DNA from: an uncultured bacterium
GTDB lineage: Bacteria > Krumholzibacteriota > Krumholzibacteriia > LZORAL124-64-63
Length of the DNA stretch: 64,000 nt
Reading direction: 5' to 3'
Assembly: GCA_963727525.1 (NCBI GenBank)
Contig: CAVSGO010000007.1
Span: 64,001-128,000 of the forward strand
Translations under genes and position numbers: made by a program
In this document: one piece after another, positions 1-9,942 of the stretch
Layout of the letters: the number at the start of each line of letters is the position of its first letter
Position numbering within the stretch: the first letter of the stretch is position 1
Notes under the pieces: model-generated
Seen by the model: the letters and a program-made list of their open reading frames with translations, nothing else
What the model was told of the DNA's origin: nothing
Database searches by the model: none

Positions 1-532
1 GCGCACCTGGCAGCACGGCGGCGGCTGGTCCGTGCACGCCGCTGTGCAGATCGCCGACTGGGATCGCCAAGGCATCGAGTGCCTGGTGCGCTACTGTGCA
101 CGCCCGGCGCTGGCCGCCGGCCGCCTCGGACGCCTGAACGCCGACACCTTGGTGTACCGTATGGGGTGACCGCGCTCCGATGGCACGACGGAAATCCTGC
201 TTACCCCGCCGGAGTTTCTCGAACGCCTAGTCGACCTGCTCGCTCCATCGCGCAAGCATCGCCACCGTTACTGCGGCGTGCTGGCCCCGGGCGCGAAGCT
301 GCGCCGGGCGGTAACCGCGACGGCCGGCTCCGCGGGCACGGTACTGCAGGCTCTCGAAGGTGCACGGGCAGCGATGGGATTGGCCCAGCCGACCGAACCG
401 CGGCCGAAGTCTTCGCGTAACTGGGCGATGCTGTTGGCGCGCATCTACGACGCTCGGGTTTTGCAGTGCCCCCGCTGCGGCGGTCCCATGATGATCATCG
501 CCTTCATCCTGGACCCCGCGGTGATCACCTGA
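1..532 (+). pseudogene. IS91/ISCR-family (HUH/Y2) rolling-circle transposase, C-terminal remnant (copy A)
   Basis: Frame 2 reads WQHGGGWSVHA...LVRYCARP...EFLERLVDLLAPSRKHRHRYCGVLAP...WAMLLARIYD..LQCPRCGG..IAFILDP. In-frame TGA at 167-169; truncated at ~530 relative to the copy at 13.7-14.1 kb. Confidence 0.85.
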
Positions 533-533
533 T

Positions 534-630
534 CGCTAACGAGGACTTGCACCTGACAACGCCGCTTGTCACGCACCTGGCTTGCGCCAGGTCGCGCCAA
601 CCGGCGTTGCAGGTTTAGCCAACGTTTTCC
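534..630 (+). other. integron attC site 1
   Basis: CGCTAAC...TTGCACCTGACAACGCCG / CGGCGTTGCAGGT...GTTTTCC imperfect palindrome with the unpaired bases typical of attC L boxes. Confidence 0.85.
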
Positions 631-636
631 GAAAAG

Positions 637-665
637 TTGACGTCGGGTATAACCCGGGTTATACT
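637..665 (+). promoter_or_regulatory. sigma70 promoter overlapped by a perfect 18-bp palindromic operator
   Basis: TTGACG(637)-17 bp-TATACT(660); palindrome GTATAACCCGGGTTATAC at 647-664. Confidence 0.85.
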
Positions 666-671
666 GAGAGC

Positions 672-911
672 ATGAAAACTGCGATTTCAATTCCTGACGA
701 GCTTTTTGCCGCGGCGGACCGGGTGGCTAAGCGTTTGGGGCTGTCGCGCAGCGAACTGTATCAGAAAGCCTTGGCGACGTATCTCGAGGGACAGGACAGC
801 ACCGCCGTAACGGAACAGCTCAACCACGTGTACGCAACGGACGACGTGGGAGAGATCGATCCCGTTCTTTCTGCGATGCAACGGGGGAGTATAGTACGGG
901 AGAACTGGTAG
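672..911 (+). CDS. ribbon-helix-helix antitoxin (ChpI/MazE-like)
   Basis: MKTAISIPDELF..ADRVAKRLGLSRSELYQKAL; directly upstream of and overlapping a PemK/MazF toxin. Confidence 0.85.
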   Translation: MKTAISIPDELFAAADRVAKRLGLSRSELYQKALATYLEGQDSTAVTEQLNHVYATDDVGEIDPVLSAMQRGSIVRENW

Positions 912-1264
912 CTAAACGCGGCGAAGTGTGGTGGGCAGAGCTTGCTGCTCCGCAGGGGTCGGGGCCTGGCTTCCGTCGACCGGTGCTGATCATTCAAGCT
1001 GATTCGTTCAATCGGAGCCGCATCGCGACTCTGATAGTTATCGCGATTACATCGAATCTCGCTCTCGTGGACGCGCCGGGGAATGTGTTGCTTAAGTGCC
1101 GCGAGAGTAAGTTGCCTCGCGACTCCGTCATCAACGTCTCGCAAGTACTCACACTTGATCGGCGTTACTTGGTTGAACGGGTGGGCCGTCTATCAGCCAA
1201 GTCGCTTCGCGAAGTTGAAGCCGGATTGTACCTCGTGCTAGGGCTGCAGGCGAGCGTGGGATAA
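905..1264 (+). CDS. mazF: PemK/MazF family endoribonuclease toxin
   Basis: (L)VAKRGEVWWAEL..GSGPGFRRPVLIIQADSFNRS...AITSN...DSVINVSQ; stop TAA lies inside attC2. Start uncertain (CTG 905 or GTG 926). Confidence 0.9.
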   Translation: MVAKRGEVWWAELAAPQGSGPGFRRPVLIIQADSFNRSRIATLIVIAITSNLALVDAPGNVLLKCRESKLPRDSVINVSQVLTLDRRYLVERVGRLSAKSLREVEAGLYLVLGLQASVG

Positions 1265-1356
1265 CGAACTGTTGCAGCTGACGGATCGCGCTCGTCACGG
1301 CCCGCGCCGAACACGGCTCGCGCCAAACGCGCCCGCCGCTCAACGCGGCGTTATGG
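1259..1356 (+). other. integron attC site 2
   Basis: GGATAAC..TTGCAGCTGAC ... GCCGCTCAA..GTTATGG; shares internal GTCACG/CGCGCC motifs with attC1. Confidence 0.85.
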
Positions 1357-1425
1357 GCCGACTACGACTACGCCGATCGGTATTCGGTTTGCAAACGCGC
1401 CGAAGTATGCGCGATACGGGTAGGC

Positions 1426-1525
1426 GGCTAACGGAGCGTTTGCGCAGCCAGCTCGGCCCTGTCACGCCGCTGGCGGAGCCAGCGCGCGCGGCAGGCCCGC
1501 CCGCTGTTCAACGCAGACGTTAGCG
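1426..1525 (+). other. integron attC site 3
   Basis: GGCTAAC..TTTGCGCAGCC..GTCACG..GCTGTTCAA..GTTAGCG. Confidence 0.75.
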
Positions 1526-1609
1526 TTTATTCGCTATAATGGTGCTCCTTGACGACCCGTCGAACTAAGCGGAGTCTTACCAGTAAGACGTGCACTGATC
1601 GAGGAGGTC

Positions 1610-2040
1610 ATGGTGTCTAATCCCGCAACAACCCGGATGTCATCCAAGGGGCAAGTCGTTATTCCTGAGGAGATTCGCGATAGACTCGGCCTCACCGCGG
1701 GGCTCAGTTTATCGTCATTGGGGACAATGGCGTCGTCATCCTCAAGACTCTGGCGCCGCCCAAAATGAGCGATTTCGACCAGTTAGTAGGCCAAGCGCGA
1801 CGTCAGGAGCGGAAGGCCGGTCTCGAGCGGTCGGATGTTTCGAAAGCGGTGAAGGCTGAGAAGAAAGCAAAAATAAGGTCGTTCTCGACACGAACGTCTT
1901 TGTATCCGGGGTCTTTTTCTCTGGGCCGCCGTTGGAGATCCTGAGTGCGTGGCGCGACGGACGCTTCCAGATGGTCGTGTCGGCCGAGATGCTGGATGAA
2001 TCCCGACGGGTCGGGGAACGTCTTGAGGCCGGTTATGTCG
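1610..2040 (+). pseudogene. decayed AbrB/MazE antitoxin + PIN-domain toxin pair
   Basis: GAGGAGG RBS, MVSNPATTRMSSKGQVVIPEEIRDRLGL with a frameshift at ~1700; then KVVLDTNVFVSGVFFSGPP.EIL with no ATG, truncated at ~2040. Upstream inverted repeat GTCTTAC-CA-GTAAGAC (1574-1589). Confidence 0.8.
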
Positions 2041-2253
2041 GGGACGCATTTTCGCGGGTATATCTGCTTGTCGCACTACAATTGCCACGCGATTCGCCTT
2101 GTAGCCGAGATTCCTGGTGAATGGGTCCATGTTGTACTGGCTGTTCGTGTTCTGTATGTGGCCGAGAAAATCGGCGCGTTTTCTGGTGAGGTGATTGCGT
2201 GATTGGTCTCATCGCAGCTTACCGCGCCTAGCGCGGAATGAGGAGGCCTCAAT

Positions 2254-2347
2254 GAGCATCAAGTGCTTGCGCCCGACATTCGCGTCTGTCACGTCTTGTG
2301 TTGGCGCCCCAACCGCGCCAGCCACGCTGTTCAACGCAACGATTGCC
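2254..2347 (+). other. degenerate attC site 4
   Basis: TTGCGCCCGAC..GTCACG..CGCGCC..GCTGTTCAACGCA similar to attC3, but core triplets are ATC/GAT instead of AAC/GTT. Confidence 0.6.
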
Positions 2348-2431
2348 TACTATACATCCTAGGTGGGCTTGTCCCGACGGCCGTCGCGCTCTCGCCCTTT
2401 GGCGGACGTCATTCTTGCCCGGGAGGAAAAT

Positions 2432-3075
2432 ATGGCTCGCGTACGCGTACACAACTTTGCGATCTCGATCGAAGGCTACGGGGCCGGCCCGCGCCAGACT
2501 CGCGAGGAGCCCCTCGGTGTCGGCGGGGAGGCGCTACACGAATGGCTATTCCCGACGCGCATCTTCCAGCGCATGGGGGGGAAGACCGGCGGCACCACCG
2601 GCGTCGATGACGAGTTCGTTGGGCGATTTGGCGATGGCGTCGGCGCATGGATCATGGGTCGTAACATGTTCGGTCCGATTCGAGGTGCCTGGCCCGATGA
2701 CACGTGGCGCGGCTGGTGGGGAAAGAATCCCCGTACCACGGCCCGGTTTTCGTACTGACGCATCATGCCCGCACGTCGGTCGAGATGGAAGGGGGTACGG
2801 TCTACCACTTCGTTACTAAGGGTATTCGCGGGGCGATGGAGAGCGCCGTGGCGGCCGCGAAGGGCAAGGACGTGCAGATCAGCGGCGGCGTGGCGACGGT
2901 CCGCCAGTACCTCGAGGCGAGACTCATCGACGAGCTACACGTGGCGATCGCACCCAAGCTGCTCGGCTCCGGCGAACATCTCCTATACGGCCTCGATCTC
3001 GCTGGCCTGGGCTATGAGTGCACGACTCATGTCCCGACCGCCGCCGCAACTCATGTCGTGCTGACACGCCGCTGA
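2432..3075 (+). pseudogene. RibD C-terminal / dihydrofolate reductase-like protein with one frameshift
   Basis: FAISIEGYGAGP..LHEW..IMGRNMF..WWGKNP, frameshift in the C run at ~2729-2732, then PYHGPVFVLTH..GGVATVRQYL..LIDELH..P.LLGSG. Could be a sequencing indel. Confidence 0.85.
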
Positions 3076-3089
3076 ACCTGGCGTTATCG
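3068..3089 (+). other. right half of an attC site
   Basis: GCCGCTGAACCTGGCGTTATCG resembles the L'-R' arm of attC2; no left arm found. Confidence 0.5.
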
Positions 3090-3189
3090 GGACCGCAGCG
3101 ATGCATCGCGTGCGTTGAAGAGGTTCCGGAAGCGCTGTGCATTGACCGCGATGGTCCTGGCATTTGCTACCTGAAACCGAGGAGCGGCC

Positions 3190-3435
3190 ATGAAGGCGGA
3201 TTTCGATAGTGCATTCCGGGGCCATCTCGACGCTATCGCCAATCGCGATATCGAAGCGTTCAAAGCCAATCTCACGCGCGGCGACAAGCTCTACACGATT
3301 GTCCAGAATGGGCACGCGTTCACGACACCGTCGGAGTCGATAGAAGTCCACGAGCAGTGGTTAAAGGACCGGAACTGGATCTGGGCGCTTGACTATGCGG
3401 CCTTTGCCCGGTCAGCCGGCATGGAAATCAAGTAG
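3190..3435 (+). CDS. NTF2/SnoaL-like small protein, probably truncated
   Basis: GGAG RBS; FDSAFRGHLDAIANRDIEAFKANL pattern; shorter than a full fold. Confidence 0.5.
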   Translation: MKADFDSAFRGHLDAIANRDIEAFKANLTRGDKLYTIVQNGHAFTTPSESIEVHEQWLKDRNWIWALDYAAFARSAGMEIK

Positions 3436-3559
3436 GAGGGCCGCGGGGGTGGCACTTGATTTCCTGAACGCGGTCTCGACTACTCGCGAGGTTTGTCGCG
3501 ATGTCGAGGGTCGTCAGCATACTGTCCGGGTTGCCAGAGGGCCACATCGCCGATGTCAA

Positions 3560-3830
3560 TGATCGGGTGGCCGACGCTGACTGTTTCTGGGAATAGTGCT
3601 ACGGTCGTGCCACCACGCCTGCTCTCGCGGACAGCATACCTGGCCGAGAAGCTCGAGCCTCCTCTTCACGTCCAGGTCGCCGCCATCGACGGGATCGAAG
3701 CCACGATCAGCGACGGGGCGGAGCACCTCGGGCCTGGTGTTGACCGGATCGCCACAGACCGAGAGAGCGCTCCGCCCCGGCGTGCCCCCCGGAACGCCCT
3801 TCCTGCGTAGTCCGCGCCTCGCATTCGCGA
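3560..3830 (-). pseudogene. remnant of an F420-dependent NADP oxidoreductase-family gene (C-terminal part)
   Basis: GRSALSVCGD...GFDPVDGGDL aligns by eye with ERLALPVAGD...GFDPVDGGSL of the intact gene at 36414-37175. Confidence 0.5.
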
Positions 3831-3884
3831 TCGAGACGAGATGGCCGAGGCTTGCGCGGTGGCGGGCCGGGGTCGACGCGCGTG

Positions 3885-4358
3885 TCAGCCCTTCGCCTTG
3901 TTCTTCATCATCTCCTGCATGCGCTTCTTTAATTCCTCGGGAGCGACGTCCTCGACGTGGGTGGCGATATTCCATATGTGGCCGAATGGATCGGCGAGCA
4001 TGCCCGAGCGATCGCCATAGAACTGGTTCTCCACGGGGCGGGTTTGCCTGGCGCCCGCATCGATCGCACGTTTGAACACGGCGTCGACGTCGTCGACGTA
4101 GACCAGCAGGCTGATGGACATGCGGTCGTCGCTCGCCGGCGCGAAACAGCCCATCTGCGGCATCTCGTCGGCAAGCATCACGTGGCCGGCGCCGATCTTC
4201 AGCTCCGCGTGTCCGATCTTGCCGTCAGGGCCCGGCATCCGCATCGTCTCCCTGGCGCCGAAGACTTTCGTGTAGAAGTCGATCGCTTTCGCCGCGTCCT
4301 TGACGACCAGGTAGGGTGTCAAGGCCTCGTAGCCCTCGGGAATCTTGCGGGTCGTCAT
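3885..4358 (-). CDS. VOC/glyoxalase family protein (PhnB-like)
   Basis: LTPYLVVKDAAKAIDFY..HAELKIG..VYVDDVDA..FYGDRSG..DPFGH.W; GAGGAGG RBS. Confidence 0.92.
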   Translation of the reverse strand: MTTRKIPEGYEALTPYLVVKDAAKAIDFYTKVFGARETMRMPGPDGKIGHAELKIGAGHVMLADEMPQMGCFAPASDDRMSISLLVYVDDVDAVFKRAIDAGARQTRPVENQFYGDRSGMLADPFGHIWNIATHVEDVAPEELKKRMQEMMKNKAKG

Positions 4359-4624
4359 GGTGGTGTGCCTCCTCTTCGGTGTGGGGTGGACAAGACAAGT
4401 AAGTCCACTTCGAGACGTCTCGCATCGCGCGCAATTTTTGAAAACGAGGACTCGGCGCCTGTTCCTGGACGCGGATTATCAGAATCGGGCGACCGCGATC
4501 CGGATCCTCGTTTCGGTCGAGCTGCGCCGTGCCCTCGCCGCGTCGTCAATCATACCTAACATGGTGCGCAGCGGGGCGTGACCGTGCGCCACGGTGAAGA
4601 TGTTCCCTCGCCAAGGCGGTCAAC

Positions 4625-6424
4625 GTGGTGGAGTCCATCGTACTGGCGGCGTTGCTGGTGGGCGCAATCGTCCTGTTCTGGACGCAGAAGCTGCCCTCGG
4701 ATCTCACGGCCGTCCTGCTGATGCTGGCGCTCATCGTGCCGTGGCCTCATGGCGACGGGGCCTGGCATGGCCTGCTCAGCTATACCGACGCCTTCGCGGG
4801 GTTCGGCAGCTCGGCCGTGATCATGATCGCGTCCATGTTCGTGCTCGGCGGTGCACTGGTGCAAACAGGCGCGGCGGAATCGCTCGGGGTGACCGTGTTC
4901 CGCGCGGTGGCGGCCCGGGAGTGGTCGTTGCAGCTCGCAATTCTCGGCGTAACGACCGCGTGCTCGATGTTCGTCAACGACACCACGACGGTGCTCGTGT
5001 TCATGCCGGTGATCATGACCATCTGCCACGAGCGCAATCTGGCGCCCTCGCGCTATCTGATCTTCGCGGCCTACGGCGCGCTGCTCGGAGGTCAGTGGAC
5101 GCTCATCGGCACGCGCAGCAACATCGTGATCAGCGACATCACGCGCTCGGTCACCGGTCACGGGCTGGGGTTCTTCGACTTCGCGCCCACGGCGGCCGGC
5201 ATCCTGGGCCTGGGGGCGATCTACCTCGTGACCGTGGGGCGTCGTCTCCTGCCGCGCACGCGACACCTGCGCCCGGCCGCGGCTGACGGGACGGACGACC
5301 GCGCGTACCTGACCGAGGTTGCCGTCGCGCCGGCGTCGGACGCTGTCGGCAAGCCGGTGCGCGATCTCGAGTGGAGCAAGCGGCAGAACGTGGCGGTCGT
5401 GGACATCCTGCGCGGCGAGCGCCGTCTGCCGCCGTCGTTCCCGCTTGCCGAGGGGGACATCCTCATCGTGCGGGGATCACCGAAGGTGATGCAGGATCTG
5501 CTCAAGACGAGCGATTTCCAGCTCAAGGGGGAAGTGGCCATCGACCCCGAGACCCTGCAGAGCGTGGATCTGGTGACGGTGGAAGCGGTGCTCGCGCCGC
5601 AATCGTCGTACATCGGCCGCACGCTCGACGAGGTCGACTTCCAGACCCTTTACCGGTTCACGATCATGGGGGTGGCCCGCACCGGCCGGGAGCTGAGCCA
5701 GCGACCGGGATCGTTGCGGTTGCGGTTCGGGGACTACCTGCTGCTGCTGGGCAACGTCGCCGACCTGCCGCGGCTGCGCCGCAATCGCAACCTCATCCTG
5801 CTCGGCGAGCGCGCGATTCCCGCGCTTGGTCGCCGCAAAGCCGTGATGGCCATCGCACTGCTCCTGGCGGTCATCGGCACCTCCATGGCGGGACTCGTAC
5901 CCCCGCCGGCATCGATCCCGGTGGCCGCGGCGCTGGCCGTGATCCTCGGCTGCATCAGCCCCCAGCGCGCCTACGAGAGCATCGACTGGTCGACGGTCAT
6001 CACGCTTGGCTCGATGATCGCCTTCGGTGTGGCCATCGAGAAGACCGGGACGGCAGCCAGCGTGGCCCGGTTCCTCGTCGAGTCCCTCGCGGGTTCTCCG
6101 CCGGTCGTCCTGATGGGGGCACTGCTGATCGTGGCCTTGCTGCTCACGCAGCTCATCGAGAACGTCGCCGTGGCCATCATCATGGCGCCGATCGCCCTGG
6201 CCGTCGCCAGCCAGGCCGACGCCGATCCGCGCCCTTTCATGGTCGGCCTGGCGGTGTGCATCTCGTCGGCGTTCTGCACGCCGGTAGCCCACGAGAGTAC
6301 GATCCTCGTGGTCGGACCCGGCGGCTACCGTTTCAGCGACTACCTGCGCGTGGGCAGTTTCCTGGTCTTCCTCACGTGGTCGATCACCTTGCTGATCACG
6401 CCGATGGTGTGGCCATTCAAGTGA
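4625..6424 (+). CDS. SLC13/CitMHS-type permease with two TrkA-C domains
   Basis: Hydrophobic N and C halves, SMFVNDT, LLGGQWTLIGTRSN, central soluble repeats, GPGGYRFSDYLRVG. Confidence 0.9.
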   Translation: MVESIVLAALLVGAIVLFWTQKLPSDLTAVLLMLALIVPWPHGDGAWHGLLSYTDAFAGFGSSAVIMIASMFVLGGALVQTGAAESLGVTVFRAVAAREWSLQLAILGVTTACSMFVNDTTTVLVFMPVIMTICHERNLAPSRYLIFAAYGALLGGQWTLIGTRSNIVISDITRSVTGHGLGFFDFAPTAAGILGLGAIYLVTVGRRLLPRTRHLRPAAADGTDDRAYLTEVAVAPASDAVGKPVRDLEWSKRQNVAVVDILRGERRLPPSFPLAEGDILIVRGSPKVMQDLLKTSDFQLKGEVAIDPETLQSVDLVTVEAVLAPQSSYIGRTLDEVDFQTLYRFTIMGVARTGRELSQRPGSLRLRFGDYLLLLGNVADLPRLRRNRNLILLGERAIPALGRRKAVMAIALLLAVIGTSMAGLVPPPASIPVAAALAVILGCISPQRAYESIDWSTVITLGSMIAFGVAIEKTGTAASVARFLVESLAGSPPVVLMGALLIVALLLTQLIENVAVAIIMAPIALAVASQADADPRPFMVGLAVCISSAFCTPVAHESTILVVGPGGYRFSDYLRVGSFLVFLTWSITLLITPMVWPFK

Positions 6425-6472
6425 TCGATCGTCATCGTCACCGAGGGCAACGGCCACTCGTTCTCCTTCTCC

Positions 6473-7845
6473 TGTGCCTAATCAAAACTCCATCTGCCGC
6501 GCGATCGGCGTCGTAAATCGGCGTTCCCGGGTTTGCTGACGCCGGAAAGCTGAGAATGGCGGCCGGAATCGGCGCCGGTCGGCTGGGCTACTCGTCGAGG
6601 TTAGCTCGTTTGATGGTCTTGGGTACTGTCGCGGCCGTCGCTGGACAGAGTGGTCCCCAGCGATCTCACCGACCGTCCCGACCTGGGTTACGCGGCTTCC
6701 CGATAGTACCGGCTATGTAACCCACCCAGAAATCGGCGGCGTCTCACCGGCCCAACGTCGGGCGGTTCGACCGGTCGTCCATCCGGCGTGTCCTTGCCGA
6801 GGCCGAGGTGGGTTCGCGAACCATGGTAGTACTCGAGATACTGCTTGAGGAGCTTCGTGCGTGGGGCTCGTTGAAGACAATGACGTGATTCAGACACTCG
6901 CGCTTCAGGGTGCCGACGACACGTTCGCAGTAGCTGTTCTGCCACGGCGATCGCGCGCTGATCACCCTCTCCTCGATGCCCCTTACGCGTAGGACGGTTT
7001 CGACCTCGCCACTGTAGATCCGATCGCGATCGCGAATGAGGAACCGCGGTGCGGTATCGAAGGGGAATGCCTGGATGATCTGGCGAGCGGTCCATTCGCC
7101 GGTCGGGTGGGCGGTGACGTTGAGGTGGACGATCTGCCGTCGGTCGAGAGAGAGAATGACAAAGATGTAGATGGTCTTGAACATGACGGTGGGGACGGTG
7201 AGGAAGTCGATGGCGCAGGTCTCGCGGAGGTGGTTGTCGAGAAACGTCCGCCAGTTCTGGGTAGGTCGGCCTCGTCACTTGACCATGTACCTCGCGACGG
7301 TCGCTTCCGACACGAAGTAGCCGAGTTTCAGGAGTTCGCCGTGGATGCGCGGCGCGCCCCAGGTGGGGTTCTCGCGTGACACGCGGCGGATCAGCTCGAC
7401 AACGTCAAAGGGGATGCGGGGCCTACCTACCGCCTGTGGTCGGCTCTTGCGCCTCCACCAGAGGCGCCATCCCTTTCGGTGCCAGGCGATCACGGTCTCA
7501 GGTTGGACGAGGCGCAGCGGTCGCCGCCAGCCTGCCCAGTAGCGGCAAAGCAGGAGCCAGAAAGTCCGGTCCAGAGCTGTGAATGGTGGCCTGGGATTCG
7601 ATCGCTGCAGCACGAGGATCTGCTGGCGCAGGGCGAGGTTCTCGATGACCAGGTCACGGCGCGGGCGAACGAGGTCGCGCAGGAATTCGAGGACGATGTT
7701 TGGCATGGGTAGGGATCGGCCGTTTGAGCGACTAGTTGAGACCCACGGAATTGGTCAGCAGCGACGATTTAGAGCGTCGGCTTGTGGTATACTCGTGAAG
7801 TCGTAACTCTGGTCGTGGCAATGCCGACGGGGTTTTGAGGAGAAA
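6473..7845 (-). mobile_element. decayed IS with rve/integrase-core transposase
   Basis: Imperfect inverted ends TCAAAACTCCATCTGC (6482-6497) and GCCGACGGGGTTTTGA (7823-7838), 13/16 match, flank the transposase. Right end abuts an IS91 ori remnant. Confidence 0.65.
6688..7706 (-). pseudogene. integrase-core (rve, DDE) transposase
   Basis: ENLALRQQ..VQPETVIAWHR..NPTWGAPRIHGEL..AIDFLTV..LIRDRD..SPWQNSYCER..RECL; in-frame TGA at 7275-7277 and a frameshift at ~6855. Confidence 0.9.
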
Positions 7846-7923
7846 GTATGGTAGGATCGAGGGAGAGAGCTGGCGCCATGGGGGAAAGGCGTTTCGAAAA
7901 CGTGATCTGTTTGTCGTATACGC
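7843..7923 (+). mobile_element. IS91/ISCR-like oriIS-end remnant (copy B)
   Basis: GAGAGCTGGCGCCATGGGGGAAAGG..TTCGAA.ACGTG.TCTGTTTGTC.TATACGC nearly identical to 14300-14357. Confidence 0.75.
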
Positions 7924-8085
7924 CGGCACCGACTACGAGCTCGACGGCGGGACCACCCGCTTTTCCATCGAGATCGCGGGCCTGACCATCGAGTGGCTCA
8001 CCGCCATCCGTATCCTGAACGACACCTTTTCGCGCGACGGCTTCGAGATCACGCCCGCCGACGCCGACGCCGACATCGTCGGGCG

Positions 8086-9942
8086 CTAGCGCCGCCGCAG
8101 CAACATCATGCGCGTGGACTGGGTCCGTCCGTCCGCCTGGATGCGGCACACGTATACGCCGCTGGCGGCCCGCTGACCGCGCTCGTCGCGGCCGTTCCAG
8201 CGCACGCTGCGATCGCCTCGCTCGAGACCGGCGCCGTCCACCAGCGTCCGCACCAGGCGGCCCCGCAGATCGTAGACGCTCACCGAGACGGGGCCCGAGC
8301 GGGCCACGCCGAAGCGGACGACCGTCTCGCCGTCGAAGGGATTGGGCGCGACGATGGGCGCCAGGGCCACGGCGGGTTCGCCATCGCCGACGGCCGTCGT
8401 GCCGCCGGCCACGGTCACCAGCACGTTGTCGGCCATGAAGGCGCGGATGAAGTCCTGGCAGGTGGGCGGATCGGCGTCGTAGGTGATCACCATCTGGTCG
8501 AAGGTGCCGGGGCTGGCGAAGTCCAGGGTGCCGGACGGCCAGGTGCCGGGATTGTCGGCGTTGGCGGTGCTCGTACCGACGAGAACTCCGCCGAGGTACG
8601 CCGTCGCCCGGATGGTCGATGTGTCGTTGCAGTTGTATTCCTGGGGCGCGAACATGATCGAGAATTCCGTGATGGGCGCCGAGAAGTCGACCTCGAGCGT
8701 CGCCTGATAGAGGCTGCTGGGATAGACGCACTTGCCGGCGAAGCCCGTGGGCAGGAACCCGGTGAAGTCGGCGTACTGGATGTAATAGCCGAAGGTCCCG
8801 GGCGCCCAGACGTGGGCCGTCAGCCCGCCGCGGGTGATGTCCAGCGGTAACGGTGCGTACAAGGTCTCGTCGTCGAAGTCGAAGAGCACGACGCCGGGCG
8901 CGACGGCGTAGTGGGCGACGAGGTTGCGGTTGGCCGCGGCGGTGAACGTGTAGCTGGGCGACGAACTCACCGGCGAGCCGTACTCGGTCCAGTTCACGAA
9001 TTCCCAGCGCGGATTGGTCGTCGCGGTCACCGTCACAATGGTGCCGCCGATGTAGAGGCCGTCGCCGGTGGTGGTGCCACCGATGAACGGCGCCGACGAC
9101 GTCGTCACCGTGTAGGCGGGCTGGAAGTTCGCCACCAGGTTGCGGTCGGCGTTGACTGTGAAGGTGTAGCTGGCGTTGCTGCTGACGTGGACGCCGCTTT
9201 CGGTCCAGTCGACGAAACCCCAGCCCACGTTGCCCACCGCCGTCACCGTTGCCGGCGTGCCGGCCGGATAGGGTCCGTCGCCGGTGGTGATGCCCGTGCC
9301 GGCGGGCGAGGCGGAGGTGGTGACCGTGTAGGTGGGCGCCGCGGTGGTGTGCAGCGAGAAGGCCAGATCGTGCGGCCAGAACTGGAACATGTGGCTGCCG
9401 CCGGTATACCGGAAGTGGTTGCCGTTGCCGCCGGTGCCCCACGCGACGCCCCAGAATGGCGAGCCGCTGACCTCTCCCTCGATCTGGACCCAGTACTTCA
9501 CGCCGGCCGTGGCCGGGAAAGCCTGGGTCAGCGTGGCGTGGTAATCGTACATGGTGATGCCGCCGTAGACGCCGGCGGGCGTCTGGCCGGCGTTGCCGGC
9601 GATGAAGAACCGGGCGAGGTAGGTGTCGTTGTCGCCCGGCAACCCGCAGAGCGGCTCGCTGCCCGTGGAATTCGTCGCATAAAAGGTGATGGTGAAGTCG
9701 GTCACGAGGCCGTAGCCGACGTATTGATAGCCGCCTCGCCAGTGGACCTCGGTGATCGGCACCGTGGCGTCCAGCACGAAGCTCTCGTAGCACCAGACAT
9801 CGTTATCAGTGCCGTCGGGCGGTGCCCATGAGGACGGCGCCACGCCACCGGCGGGATCGGGTGTCTGTTCGTAAATCATGACGGCCGGGACCTGGGCGGC
9901 GAACAGGCAGACGACGAGCGCGGTGATCAGTGGCGTTTTCAC
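8086..9942 (-). CDS. secreted protein with two InlB-B-like repeats and C-terminal FlgD-Ig sorting domain
   Basis: Signal peptide; two YTVTTS..GTTTGDG.Y..G..TVTA....W.FV.WTE repeats; APNPF..VYDLRGRLVRTL..WNGRD. Confidence 0.85.
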   Translation of the reverse strand: MKTPLITALVVCLFAAQVPAVMIYEQTPDPAGGVAPSSWAPPDGTDNDVWCYESFVLDATVPITEVHWRGGYQYVGYGLVTDFTITFYATNSTGSEPLCGLPGDNDTYLARFFIAGNAGQTPAGVYGGITMYDYHATLTQAFPATAGVKYWVQIEGEVSGSPFWGVAWGTGGNGNHFRYTGGSHMFQFWPHDLAFSLHTTAAPTYTVTTSASPAGTGITTGDGPYPAGTPATVTAVGNVGWGFVDWTESGVHVSSNASYTFTVNADRNLVANFQPAYTVTTSSAPFIGGTTTGDGLYIGGTIVTVTATTNPRWEFVNWTEYGSPVSSSPSYTFTAAANRNLVAHYAVAPGVVLFDFDDETLYAPLPLDITRGGLTAHVWAPGTFGYYIQYADFTGFLPTGFAGKCVYPSSLYQATLEVDFSAPITEFSIMFAPQEYNCNDTSTIRATAYLGGVLVGTSTANADNPGTWPSGTLDFASPGTFDQMVITYDADPPTCQDFIRAFMADNVLVTVAGGTTAVGDGEPAVALAPIVAPNPFDGETVVRFGVARSGPVSVSVYDLRGRLVRTLVDGAGLERGDRSVRWNGRDERGQRAASGVYVCRIQADGRTQSTRMMLLRRR

